Shown here piece by piece: positions 24,901 through 38,267 of a stretch of DNA of 64,000 nt. Source of the stretch: Auanema rhodensis (taxonomy: Eukaryota > Animalia > Nematoda). The position numbers and the translations under genes were made by a program. The notes beneath the pieces are model-generated. The model worked only from the letters and a program-made list of their open reading frames with translations, was not told the origin of the DNA and searched no databases. Within the stretch, counting starts at the first letter, position 1, and each line of letters opens with the position of its first letter. Location: positions 8,618,001 to 8,682,000 of the forward strand of contig OZ059898.1 in the NCBI GenBank assembly GCA_964057225.1, in the 5' to 3' direction.

Positions 24901-27900
24901 TAAGTTCCAGTTGGTTGAAGCTCTGATGATCATGTTTTCATAACTATAAATTTAGAGGCAAAGAGTACATTGCGGTCACACTTATATGCTCATCTGAAAG
25001 TTGGACGAGATATCGTTTAATCGAATAATGACTAAAGATGAAGAAGTAAAATCACAAAATCTCTGAATATGTTAACATTAGGCTTAGTAACAAAGCAATA
25101 AGTTGAAATTGAATGATTTTGCAAGCTTTTCGTGTAGTTGATTTATTTAATTTATTAGTTCTTATGTTCAGATCTTTAAACTACTATTCAAAAATAAAAA
25201 TGCACTTTTCTCATTTGAAAAAAAAATTGAATTATTGAGTTACTAGCATTTACTAGCATTTATTATAAACTATAAATGCAAAATTGAACTGTATTTAAAA
25301 GAAATATAATAGAAATAAGACTTACTAGTATTTACGCCAAACTATAGTAAAAAAGCAATAGAAGACTATATACACATAAACAAAATTTCAATTCTTAAAA
25401 AAGAGAAAACGAGGAGGAAGAAGGAGAGAGTGAGGTAGCCTTTAGGAGAGTGTGTGTGAGTTTGTTGAATAATGTGTTAGAATATGAGAAGTTATGAAGA
25501 ACTAGAATAAGTTAAAAGATGATGGCCACAAGAAGGTTGACTAGGGGTGCAATGTTGGGAGGGGGTAGTTTAAAGAAGTTGTTCATCTCTCTTTCTATCT
25601 CTATCTTTCTTTCCATATTGCTCTCTATTTTTCATTTATTCTCTCAGTCATCTTCTATTTCTTTGTCTCTCTTAAATTCATTCGTAATACGCGTCTCTGT
25701 ATTCTCAGTATTCGAGTTCAAGAAAGAAGTTAAGAGAGAGAGAGTGAGAAATATAGGCTGATGGAGGGAAGAAGAAGAAGAAGAAAGGGTAGGATGAATG
25801 ACACTATTGATCTGATGATGCAGTAGAAACAGCTGACCAGTGTAGTCAAGATATGTAGAACGTTTAGTTTATTTCTATAAATTAATAAAGCTAAAAACAA
25901 TTTGTTTAATTATAAGAATAATTGAAACTCAGCTTGTCATAATACACACAGCAACAAAGTATGCTTTTATCATTCAAATATTTATTTTTAATAAAGCATT
26001 AATCATTCTTTCTCAATTTCACGCAAACATGTCATCTACTGTTTTAGAAACTATAAAAAAGCCAAGAAATATAGAAGTTTTTTCGACAAAAATACTTGTT
26101 CGAATGAAAGTTGAAGAGTTTTAGTTTACAAACATGCATACATCGATGAAATAAAGATGCCATGCTTTTTCCTGTTTAAATTTAACCAAAAAAGGGAAGG
26201 AAATAGTACGTGTTTAGATGCTCTATAGTATTTTGAGCTTAGGCAAGGCAAAGCAAGCTAACAATTAATCGTAGCTGTCCATCCATCCATCCCTCGCCTC
26301 CCCAATATTCATTGTCGTTCGTTGAAAAGAACAAGAAAAAAGGCGGAGAGAATCAGAGAAATAGAGAAGGGGGAAATAAGAAAAAACGAAGCTGAAAAAG
26401 TCAGAGTAGAAGAATAGATTGAAGAATTGAAAAAAGGATTTTGGCAGATGTGAAGCACAACCGTTCATGACTTCCGTTCGAAAATGAAATGGCGTTCATA
26501 AACATACCTTGTAATATTTAAAATTGAATGTGATATGCAAAGTAAACGAAATAATAAAAAAAGTGAATAAAAATTTTTATTTTTTTGTTTGAATCAAAAA
26601 AGGTGAAATTTTCATGAGAAGTAAGCAAAATTATTTAGAAAATCACAAGCTAAATGTACGAAAGTACGAAGCACTAATGAGAAATTCAGAATTTTTAATT
26701 GAAAAACGACAGTTCTAAGAATAATTAAAATGAAAATCATATAATAATCATCAGAGTTATACTAAATAAATAATTGAACAGCGCAGAAAAATTTCGATGG
26801 ATATTCAGGAAAAAATAAATCTTGTGAAGAAAAAACATAAATAAGACGCATCAATCCTAGTATGTCTTGAGAAAATTGCTAAGTAATCCGAGCTTATGAA
26901 ATAGAAAACTATTTTTTTCAGAAAAAAATGTAAAGAAATAGACGTAGTGACTCTCATAAGGCGATAAGTTAGTTGTGTCAATCGTCAAACGACAATGACA
27001 GCGAGTTGTCCAAACTAGTCATTCGTTGCCAATTTGTATAGCAATCTACATGAATACTGAGCTCAAGCTGAGCAGCTGCTAACGGAAATAACTTGTACGG
27101 TAGTTAAAAGGAAGATAACTGAACTAAAGAAAAGAAAAAAGTAAAGAGGAAAGCATTTTTTATATAATTTCTAGTAATGCTTTCATATGTTAGCTCATTG
27201 GCAAAGTGCTTTGTCAAAGTACTTTGTCATGATATGACTGAGAAAGACATGAGCTTAGGATTACGTTTGATCCAATGCGTTAGCATTATATGAATGTTTC
27301 AACAAGAAAAAAGAAGTTCTAATAAAAAGGTTTCGATTAAAAGAAAAAAAAACTTTAAATTGTTAGTTTGTTGATAAAAAGTTCAGCATTTGATTATATA
27401 TGCATGTATGTATATAATCCATACTAAGCTCAGAGTACTTGTTTCAGAAAGCTATTAAACGAATATATATATATATATCATATTCGATGAAGAAATAGAA
27501 AATATGAAAGAAAATGAAAAATATTTGCCAAAACTTTGTTATACATCGAAAAATTTAATTATAATATTTAATTGTATTAAAACATGTCGTTTTCAAATTA
27601 ATGTATATAACAGTAATTTGAATTAAAAATATATAATAAGACGAATATTAAATATTATTATATAATTACATTGATGTTTTCTGATTATAAATCAAATTTG
27701 CCAACAAAAAATGAATAAAAGAAATTTCTAGTCTTAGCAATATTAAATCGATTTTATATATACAGCATTAAAATTGCTTTGTTATAGCTGTATACTTGGA
27801 TGGACTTCTAGCACGAGATATCGAATCGTATAGATCTACGTAGACACACATATGTATTTTGGATGAGGAATACACAGACTCGTAGCTAATATTAAGTCTT

Positions 27901-29700
27901 CAATTTATAAAAAAAATAATATCAAAACAGCAAAAAAAAATGAATTTATGCACATGTTAAGGCTTGCTAGGCTTCTTTGCTTTGTATTGTTCTAATTGAT
28001 AATAAATGAAAAGAAAAACATTATTCAATTCTCAGTTAGAAATGATTAAGAAAAGTGAGCCGATATCATTTTTGTAGTTTTTCATCAAATTCATAGTAAA
28101 TAGTAAAAATTTCTGTTTTTGGTATTGGCATCCCTTCATCACACGCTCATGCTGAGATTGAGATTTGAGACAAAAAATCAATTTTTTTCATATTCAAAAC
28201 TTGGTAATTTTAAATTATTTTCGATGAAAGATAAGAAATTGCAATACGTACATCAACGAAATAGGATTGTCCATAAAGAAATACATAAAATTGTGGATTA
28301 ATATGTATAATTCAATTGAAATAAAGAGAAAGTGTGCTCGCTGTACCAAAAGTGAAAAAATTCTAAAACAACTGGCTTTAACAACTCAATCCACCATTTA
28401 CTCTTTTCTCCTCTCTCTATAGCCGTTCTCACTCATTTCCTCATTCATTCTAAATCTTTGTCTCATTTTCTATTGAATCTCATGATAATCTATAGTATTT
28501 CCATATTTGAAAGTAATTTATGGAAATGAGACTCAGACATAATTGCTTTTCACGATTACAACAAGGCAACATAGCTTAATGAGATACGGGAGAACAGAGT
28601 CGAATCACAAACTCTGTTAAAGGACTTTCGGAAACTCCTTTTTACTATTTGTCTTCTGGATCCTTTTTTCTACTCCATTTGTCACTTTGTCGCTTCGTTT
28701 TCTCGTATTTCTTTTGAAATTGGCCACGAGAATTTGAAATTTTCATAATAATAACGTTTTCTATGTGCAAGAGCTACTTTGAGATTCTTGAAATATTCTT
28801 GAAAATTTTTTTAAAGAAAAACAGTGGAATAATCGAAAAATTATGAATTTTGATAAACAATCAAAAAAGAATATTCATGAAGTAAGTATTCAGAAAACTT
28901 TCTCTTCTTGTTGCTTTTTAGAGGTAAGTTTGGTGTTTTTCGTTAAATTTTTTGCATGAAAAATGAGATAAAAAGCTTCTAATGGGTTCGAATTGCAGTA
29001 TTTACTCAAAAAAATGGATAGAGTAACTGAAAATAACTCTTGTAGACAACAGTTTACCTCATTTTGCTGTTATCTTATTTATATTATTAAAAACCGTTGA
29101 AATTATTTTTATAACAGCATACACCATAATATTAGAAAATAAATTATAAAAAGATGAGATGAGATGAAAAGTATTCGTTTGAAAGGTTTATTTCAGTTTA
29201 ATTTACAAAGAAAGTACGTTTAGAAAAAAGTATTTTTGATAATTATATTGTATGTGATAACCATTTTCAAAAATAGGTTAAATCTGTGATGCAATAGCTC
29301 CACTTCAAATTATTGTTTGCAACATCATAAGAAACACATCTGATGAAGCACATAAGGTATAATTTGAATTATATGAAATAGGTAACATATTTGAGTAAAC
29401 ATGATTGTTCAAAAAAAATAAGATAATGAGGGATTAATTTGAGCACAGTTGAATAGCTTTACTAGCTACTAATAAACAGTTTACAAGGCTTCTGTCTTAC
29501 GCAGAGCTTTAGTTGAAGCTGGATGAGCCAGTTGGGGACAGTCATAAACACAGTGAAGAAAACGGAGAGGAAAACAAAACAAAACTACAGAAAAGCAGTT
29601 TAAAAGTTTTATTTTGTTAAAAAAAACAAAATTACTCTGTGGGAAAAATGAGATAAGGATTATACAAAATGCATGTAATAAGAATACTACAATATAATAC

Positions 29701-29701
<1 letters not shown>

Positions 29702-29775
<74 letters not shown>

Positions 29776-29863
29776 CAATGTCAAAATGATTAAATAACTA
29801 TTTATTCAGTTCACGTGGGAAATCACGTAATCAGCTCAAAAATTCTATATACTATATATACTA

Positions 29864-29894
<31 letters not shown>

Positions 29895-29925
29895 GCATAT
29901 AGCATATAGCATATAACATATAATA
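29702..29925. repeat. (TA)n microsatellites plus short (TAGCATA)n tandem
   Basis: Direct inspection: 29702-29768 and about 29845-29915. Confidence 0.9.
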
Positions 29926-30214
29926 TATGTAGATATGCATGGCATAGAGAGCATCATTGAAAAGAAACGCCAAATTAAGTAATTTCAAAAACAGATACAA
30001 CAGATTATTCAGTATTCAGGTATTACATTGGCGTATGCATGTATCTGATTTTGATACATTTATAATTACCATTCCCATGTTTTTTTATTGGCAAAAGAAA
30101 AATAAAACAGAGAAACAAGAGATAAATAAATTAAAATTGAATTTTATAGCGTGTCTCAAAAAAAAAGTGATTGGACGATAAAAAAAATTATAGTTTAAAA
30201 TGATACATTTCACC

Positions 30215-30760
30215 ATGCATGGCAAACATCAAGAAGGAATTACAGGAAATGATGAAAGGGATTAGGCTCTTGAAATCCAAGACAATAAAACATTATTAGT
30301 TTTTTTGGATATTATATGAAGAAAAACTACAGGTAAATTAATAATAGAATAATTATAATATTTTAATCGTAAAATATGATAAGTTAGTAGATGAAATCAA
30401 ATGTGACATATGTCAAAAAATGAAGAGCGCTTCGAACCATGTGAAGCTACGAAGAATATAAGAAGAGTTTTTGCTTCTGACAGCATCATCCGACATTGAG
30501 CTAAATGTGCTGGAACAAAATCTGGCTCAAACAAGAGAAACTAAAGAAATTGTCAAAGAAAGAATGTTGAATGGCTCTACGAGGAGAGTATATGACATGG
30601 CTCCAGAAGGAAAAATAACTTGTTTTTCGTTGTTGACGTCGCCGCCATAGTTGAAATAGAAGATATGGTAGAGGGAACCCATACATTGGCTCAGCGAAAA
30701 AAGAAAGCAGAAAAGTTGAAGCAAATGAATTTTATACGGATAACATGCATACATATGAGC
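30215..30760 (+). pseudogene. Degraded coding-like segment of unknown origin (pseudogene or transposon relic)
   Basis: Frame from 30372 reads KYDKLVDEIKCDICQKMKSASNHVKLRRI*EEFLLLTASSDIELNVLEQNLAQTRETKEIVKERMLNG.. with TAA at 30459. An apparent frameshift near 30620 leads into FFVVDVAAIVEIEDMVEG. An intron-like AT gap follows CAG|gtaaat at 30332. Confidence 0.35.
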
Positions 30761-32471
30761 AGATTTTCTAGCCCAGCTGTCTTGTTGTTCGGATTATTTT
30801 TTTTTAATTTATTGATTCAAAAACTAAACAGATTCAAAAAAGGAATTGCATCCACTTTTTCTCAGAAGTCTCCACTTCAATTCAAAACACAATAAGGAAT
30901 GTAACCAACGCTACAGACTTCTGAAATGAAATCAACGAAGATAGGGCTGACTAGCACGAAATAGTGGACTCCAAATGTCGAAAGCGGATGCTCACGTCGA
31001 TCGAAATTTTGCTTCATTCTATCTTCTTCTCTTATTCTCATCGTCTGTCTTTTCGTCTGTTTTCTCTCGATACCTCATTCTCTCTGAGCTATTTTATTCT
31101 TCTCCTTTCGTTGGACCCGTCTTCAAGCCCCTGAGGGGACATAAAGAAGTGGCGATGCCTAGGCTCCACACCCATTATTAACATCGACAATGGCATGCAA
31201 AACTGCTGTCATTCGATACTTCAGTCCATTTTTTATTCATTTCTCAAAAACATATCATTAAGCATTTTATGTCATGAACTTAAAGAATGAAACCATTATA
31301 TAGAAATAAATAAATTTGGAGACTTAGACATAAAATAAGCTAAAGATAAACTAAAGTTCTAGTGACCGAAAAATGTTCAGCTTAGTGTTGATATCTAAAG
31401 AAAAAGCTAGAATCTTTTGAAACCAAACTATATGTTTAACTGCTCAGTTGCTCAGTTCAGTTTTTATCAGTTTAAACATTGAAAAAATTAATTACAGTTG
31501 TTCAATACTGTGCTTACTGGAATTGAAGAATGCATTATGAAAGGGAATTGGTGCGAGCTTAAGCTACTTCAACTACTTCACTGTAAATTTGAAAACAATT
31601 AAATTATCGCACCCTGCAACAAGTAGAAATGAAAGCCCTTCTTCACTACATGTATAGTTCTCAAAAAGAGTAGAAATCAATCATAAAGCTTTAAAACAAG
31701 ATCTTACATTTTGGAATCAACTCTCTCTAGGGACACTCAGCTAGAAGACATTTAAGAGTGGCACACTTGGACAGTGGATAGATAAAACTTTTCAGAACAA
31801 AGCCATATCGCAGCTATCCTCCATTATTTGGAAATTTTGAAAAAAAAGATACTCAGGGGAAGAATAAACATATAGTATTTGATTCGTATCCTTGTGCCGT
31901 CTGCGACTCCAAATTGGTGTGATACAAGCTTCAAGTAATATTCTTAAATATGCAGGGAAATAAGAAATCTAGTTTCAATTCTATCTGAATAAAATTCACG
32001 TATTTATATTTACGAGCTGTATAAAATGTGTTTATATTATAGTATAAGAAACAACTTTATTTGATAGCATACAAAATAAAAAGTAAATCTAGAAAGAAAG
32101 TTACAAATATCCTTTGATACAAAAGTTTTAGAAATAAATTCATGCGAATTCGAATACAGCATATGTTTTGTGTTTATATTTGATGGAGCATTTATAAAAA
32201 AAACTGCATGTGGAAGTTCTTATTCGACATATGCTTTTCGTTTATTTGCTAATATCATACATTTATTTAATAATTATGTTTCAGATTTATAACATTAGAA
32301 ATGACTAGAAATTATTATTCGTACATGAGCATATCTAAGTGAAAAGAATCCAAAATTTGACATAAAAATCTTATAAATAACCTACATAACTACAAAGGCC
32401 AACCCGAAGCAGAAGTAGGTACTGAATAGCTAACTGTTTCCTAACACTGTGTGACTTTTTCCAGAAGAAAA

Positions 32472-33119
32472 TCACTTATCGGGATTTGATTTGTAGTACT
32501 TCCTTACAGTTTCATTCATTCCAATATCAACTGCAGTGTCAATTGGGTGAACAATGAATGGTATTGTTCCTAGTCCAATTCCTGTAACTACCCATTTACG
32601 GAGAGGAGTAGGCAAAGAAGAAGCTCTAGAAATACATTATTAATCAGTGTTATAAATATATATCATTACTTGGCCAGAATAGCATTAGAAAAATGGCAAA
32701 TCCTGTTAATGGTAAAGCCAGGGATTGCAACAGAAGCTAAAGCCTGCCACAAGAATGTATCCGCAGCGGCAATAGTTACTTGTTTACGTCGTTCTTCGGG
32801 AGTCTTCCACTCAAGCTTAAATTAACAAAATATTTCAAAAATAATTCAATTCTTTTATTTACTTTGTGTACTTTTCGGCTTTTATCTAATGCATCAGCAC
32901 ACGCATAACCTAATGCTACAACATATGTAGCTTTAACAGCTACTTTGGGAATCATTGACCGAAAAGCCTCGCCAACCTCATTGGCATAGCCTATATTAAA
33001 ATATTTTTAATAAATTAGCATTACTATTATTTACCTAAATATCGTATAGGTGTATCTCGGTAAATGTCAGTATTCTCCATTTGTTTTTGTAAAAGTTCAA
33101 AAGAGTCCACACCTGCCAT
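32472..33119 (-). CDS. mtp-18: Mitochondrial fission process protein 1 (MTP18/MTFP1), 4 exons: 33119-33035, 32990-32863, 32815-32670, 32625-32472
   Basis: DIYRDTPIRYLGYANEVGEAFR, DTFLWQALASVAIPGFTINR and GLGTIPFIVHPIDTAVD are MTP18-family signatures. Short GT-AG introns. Confidence 0.95.
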
Positions 33120-36100
33120 ATCTAAACTCAATTAGTGTTAGCATTGAAGCAGTCATTAGTGAATATCATGAGTGTTTTATAAATAATAAATAAAATTTAT
33201 ATTCACTGTATAATCAACAAAACAGAAACCTCACACCGATAATATTTTTCATAATAAAAAATAAAAGTGCAAATAAACATAACAGAAATTGAAATTATTT
33301 CAGCTGCGAGTAATTAACTCTACTTGCAATTATACGCAATTACGTACCAATAGAAAAAAATTCGGAAATGCTAGCACTGTTAGAATTTAACTACATTTCA
33401 GAATAAAATTTCAAGAAACTTTAACTAATGAAATTTCTTAATATTATATGCATAAAGATAAATAAACAGTAAACTACTTGAGTTGTTCAGAACCTCTCCC
33501 ATATTTCTTTTTAATATAGTGTATACTTATTTTTACATTAATTGAAACACTATAAAAGTACAAAAGTAGGGAAAGAAAAAAATAATTACTTTAATATTGA
33601 TAAAAGAGCTAAAGTTTTAATTATACGAATATTAATCTTTTTTTTCACTTTCTTACGAGTTTACAATTCTAAGACAAAATGATAGAGTTAAATGACAATT
33701 TTTTTTTATTGGAAACTCTATGACACACACGAGTGTTACGGTAATCCAAAGAATTAGCTTTTGAGGTATGTCCTAATCTTAAATAAACGAACAAATGAAA
33801 ACTGAAGTTTTTAAACACTTTCCCCATAAGAAATTCAAAATTGTTCTCACAATTATGGTACTACGTTTCATCTCTGAGGTTTCTTAGAATTTGACATATT
33901 AGGCGTCATTTCGTATAAATCAAGTTGACTTTTAAATATAATTTTGACACATATAGTCGTGCTTCCCAGTTACCTTGACAGGTGTCGTTCTCGGTATCAC
34001 GAGCCGGAAGGGGGAGTTCATCTATTTGTTTTCGCTTCCGTCTTAGGCACTCATTTGCTATTTTATAGCAGTCATCAGTACAGTCAAAAATTTCTCGTCT
34101 TTAGAATCTGAATTTATCTATTGTCTATTCTCCAATACTCCGTAGAATACATTAATTTATCTTAGTCACATCAAAATCGCAAATGTGTTTTTAATCAATT
34201 ATCAAACATTTCAAAGGCGAAGAAATTTAGTTTTTAATTTTTTTACGACATAGAGATTGTAATTTAAAACTTTTGTGGATAGAATGCTGTTTATATTTAT
34301 GTGAGGACTAAGTATTGTTTATAATATATATATATATAATTTACCTCCTCTTATAAACGTTTCACTATCTATAGGATCGCCAAAAGATGTCTATCTTTAC
34401 TGTTGGTCTGGATTCTCTTTCCATTTAAGGTAGACTATACAGTACAGGTCGCTGACCCAGGGCGATCTTCTTTTGCTCTAATCCATATTTTGGAGGAAAT
34501 ACAACAGTTTTGAATTCTTGCTGTCTTTTTGTTGTTTGAACGTTTTGGATAATAAGATTTTGTATGCTCTATATATATGTATATATGCATACATATATAC
34601 AATATTTAGTTTAAATCTATTTTTTCTCAGGTGTTTAAAATGTTTATGTGAGGTTATCTGCCTTTTTGTTGTCTGACGGCGTTCTATCCTTCATTCGATG
34701 TTCCTCTTCTCATTATTTCTTTTCTCTCTCCTATTTTTCTTTCTTCTATCATTTATCCAAGGACCTTCACCATCCCTACATGACGTCTTAGTGTTGAGCA
34801 TTGGAGTACCTCCATCAACCGCACGACTGTCGGAACGCTGTTCTCTAGAATACAGAGACAATTTTTGTTGTTCTTTGCCTTTTCTTCGTTTATTATGACC
34901 TTTCCAACACTTCAGTTTCCACCGAAACTAATTTCAGAAAGTCAGTAAGTATTGTTCAATTTCATGAATTAGTTGATTTATAATAGAGTGCCGCCGGTTT
35001 TTTTACCGTCGTTGCATTCTTTTCACAATAATCTATTTCCTACATGTCATTATATTCTATACTTCATTTTCTTTTTTCCTTTCTTTCAATCTTTCTATAA
35101 CTTCGAAGATGCTCGGATAAAACAGATTAGCCCTGCTCATAAACCTAGGCCGCGTCCCAGTAGCCTTTCATGCTGGTCACTACTACCTCAGTATTTTGCC
35201 TACTTGACCCTTTTGAGAATAAAAGATTGGCGCAATTCTCACTCTCGATTAGTTGCAATGTTCTTATTTTCTATTCATTTATCCAGATGGTATATTTTGA
35301 CTTCTCCTTTTGTGGAAAGTCGATCTTCTATTCTGTGCAAGTATTCTTGATAAAAATTTTCTTCATTGAACCGTCTGATAGCATTTTTCTTTCTGCCGTA
35401 AGTGGATATGTTTATGTTCGTATTAACATGTTTTTTTAACGGCTACCGGTCACTGACCAAAAAGGACAAATAATCTATTTGTTCGGATTCTTTGCATAGT
35501 TTTCAATGATTGCTACTTGACTAAGCATTGTAATTTATTCCATTTCTAGTTTGTTTCCGCCTATTTATTGTTCAATATTTCCTTTCGATTTCTAGTTTGT
35601 CTTAGTTTCAGTCTGCAAAAAAAATCTACTTAATTATATACTTTTTACTTGATTTTTCTTGATAGTCAATTAAAGAAGTTCATTATCTTAAATGACATCT
35701 TCTGATTCAAATTACCGTGAAAATTCATTATTGATTGAGAAAATGAATTTAAAGGTCGTTTGTCGCTGACCGTCAAATTTTCACATCTGTATATATTTGA
35801 AGTAATTTTCACTTATCCTCTCGTTTGATCTCTCTAATCTTGAAGAATTTTGCGTAATTTTCTTGCCGCAGGCTCATCATCTCCCTCTTTTTATTTTCAG
35901 CACAATATACGTTTCTGTGTTGACCATCTTTCTTCTGGTCACTCTTTCAAGTGTATCGTCATCGTAATTTCCCTTCTGAATAACAGTGTCTTTGAGTAGA
36001 TCTAAAGTATTATCGTGTGTTTTCTACAAATTCCCGTTTTATTTAAACCGTATATGTCTGAGAATAGCTCGGTAACATTTAGTTTTCCTACCGTTTATCT

Positions 36101-38267
36101 CTCTGTTATCCTTTCCGCGACCTCCTACTGTGCATTATGAGCAGTAACAGGAACATCTGCAATAAAATATTCCGCGTCTGTTATTAGATGTTTTTATTTG
36201 ATTGCGAACTAGATGTTGCATCCCTAACTACGACACTACTCTTTTCACCTTTAGCTGGATGATTGGTTATGATCCGAACTGAAACGTTCTGTTTTATTCA
36301 ATTTCGTGCCGGTACACCACGAGTGTACCATTTGATTGGCTTGTCCTTGTTCATTCTATAAAAGGAATCTTCGCCTCTCACGAATCTTTAGGGTATGATG
36401 TGTATGCGTTCTTATTTCCATTTGCGCCGTGCTTTCCGAAGCTGTTTCATAGCCATGTTTACCCGTTTCGCTTTGAATTGAGCTGGCTCTGAGTAGACAT
36501 TGTTCATGCTGTTGACCCAGGTTGCATTTGAGAAGTCCTCTCTCTAACGCTTGTTCTTTTTGCCTTTATCCAGAGATACCTCTGAAGTTAAACATTTTCG
36601 TTTTACCTCGAGCCTCCCGGTTAAACTGTCATTTTTGCTGTTTTCGTTCAATTATCAAAGTGTTATTTAACTTAATCTGTTTATTGTATTTTTGCTCATG
36701 CCATATCCCAATTGTCTATGTTTTCTCTAACAAGGTGTTTTGACCAGTCGTGTATTATGTTACCAGCCTTGGGTTTAACCTTTGCTCAATCTTGACCATC
36801 TTTTTTGTCTTCAAATTTAGTCTATAACAGTATTTCTTTTTTTTTGTGAATTGCAGCGTATGTGTTCAAAAATTGTTTCTCCGCCTCTTTCTTTAGTTTC
36901 TCTTTGTCATGTTAGTCCCAGCTGTTATTATTGCCCTTGGAATGCGTAATACTAACTGCGTACAGATCGATCTCACCAGTTTATCTGTCTCTTCTAGTTT
37001 TCTCTTTCTCTTCTATATAGATTGGATTATATATAGCCAGGTTTGCTCAAAAAATAACTTACCTTCATGTCATTTTAACACATACGATTTCAAACTTTTG
37101 CTAAGATTTTGAAGTACCTTCTTTAGCAGTATACCAAGCATTTTCTTTTTTTTTGGTGGGCTCCTTCAGTTACTCAAACTGGGATTAATTGTGATTCATG
37201 TTTAGAACTCAATTCGTCAAGTTCAAAATCAAGAAATAAATCTAGCATAAGAACTTGCCTCCTTTATTATAAACCGTTATATCATCACACTAATAGCACT
37301 TACCGGACAAGGGGAGGTCACATTTCGAAACGGATTGTCGGCTTTCAACTTCTTCCTTCCCACTATCAGTTTGCGCTTCATGTTTGCTCGACTCCGCCTT
37401 CGTTCCTCTCGTTTACCAAGGCTCTGCGTTGACCCTCTTTTCGGTTCTCACGATCTGACCTGCTTGAATTGTCCTTAAATAGTTTTTACCCGTCTTCCAG
37501 TTGTTTTCAAGACACTTCACACTAATTTTCATATATTCTATACCAATTCATCATTTTCTGGTTTTACTATAACCTACTCCAGCATCATTTCTTTACAGTT
37601 TCCTTCAAATAAAGAATAGCCTATCTTTTGCCATTCCAACCTCGTCAACCCTATCTCGTTTACCGATTGATCAATATATATAAATCACCCATATAAGTAA
37701 ATCTGGTTATAGTCCTCCTATTATTTCACATATGTTCTCGCAATAACTGTTTTATTAATCTAATTTACATTGTTTATATGTTCAGTTTTGATGATGTATT
37801 CTTTCAGATTTTGTTTGGCAGTATATCCTTCGATGTGGAAAGGATTTTCTTAAATTTTGGAAGTGTCATTCTTTAGCTGTTTTTTCATCACAGACTAATA
37901 TCAACTATTACTCACTACCTTCTCTAATATATATTTCAATTAAACCGTAAGAATTATGCGGTTACTACTTCTACTAGGCAAGTTTTTTTGTTCCTTTAAG
38001 AAGAGATAAGAAAGTTCTTCGATTCTATATAATTGAAAGCTTCGACTTTGTTAAATTTGTTCGATTTGTTAATTCTAATCACTAAACATTCTTTTGTCGC
38101 TCTGTTGTTCATTCATCAATAGCAAGCATATTTAGTGTGATTCCTAGTTCTTTGATAGCATTGATTTTGTTTTTGTTTTATAATGTTGTGATTTGTGACC
38201 TTGGAGAAAATAGAGAAAGAAAAGATTTTCCATCAAAGAAAGAAATTTTAAACATAGTTCATTTCAG

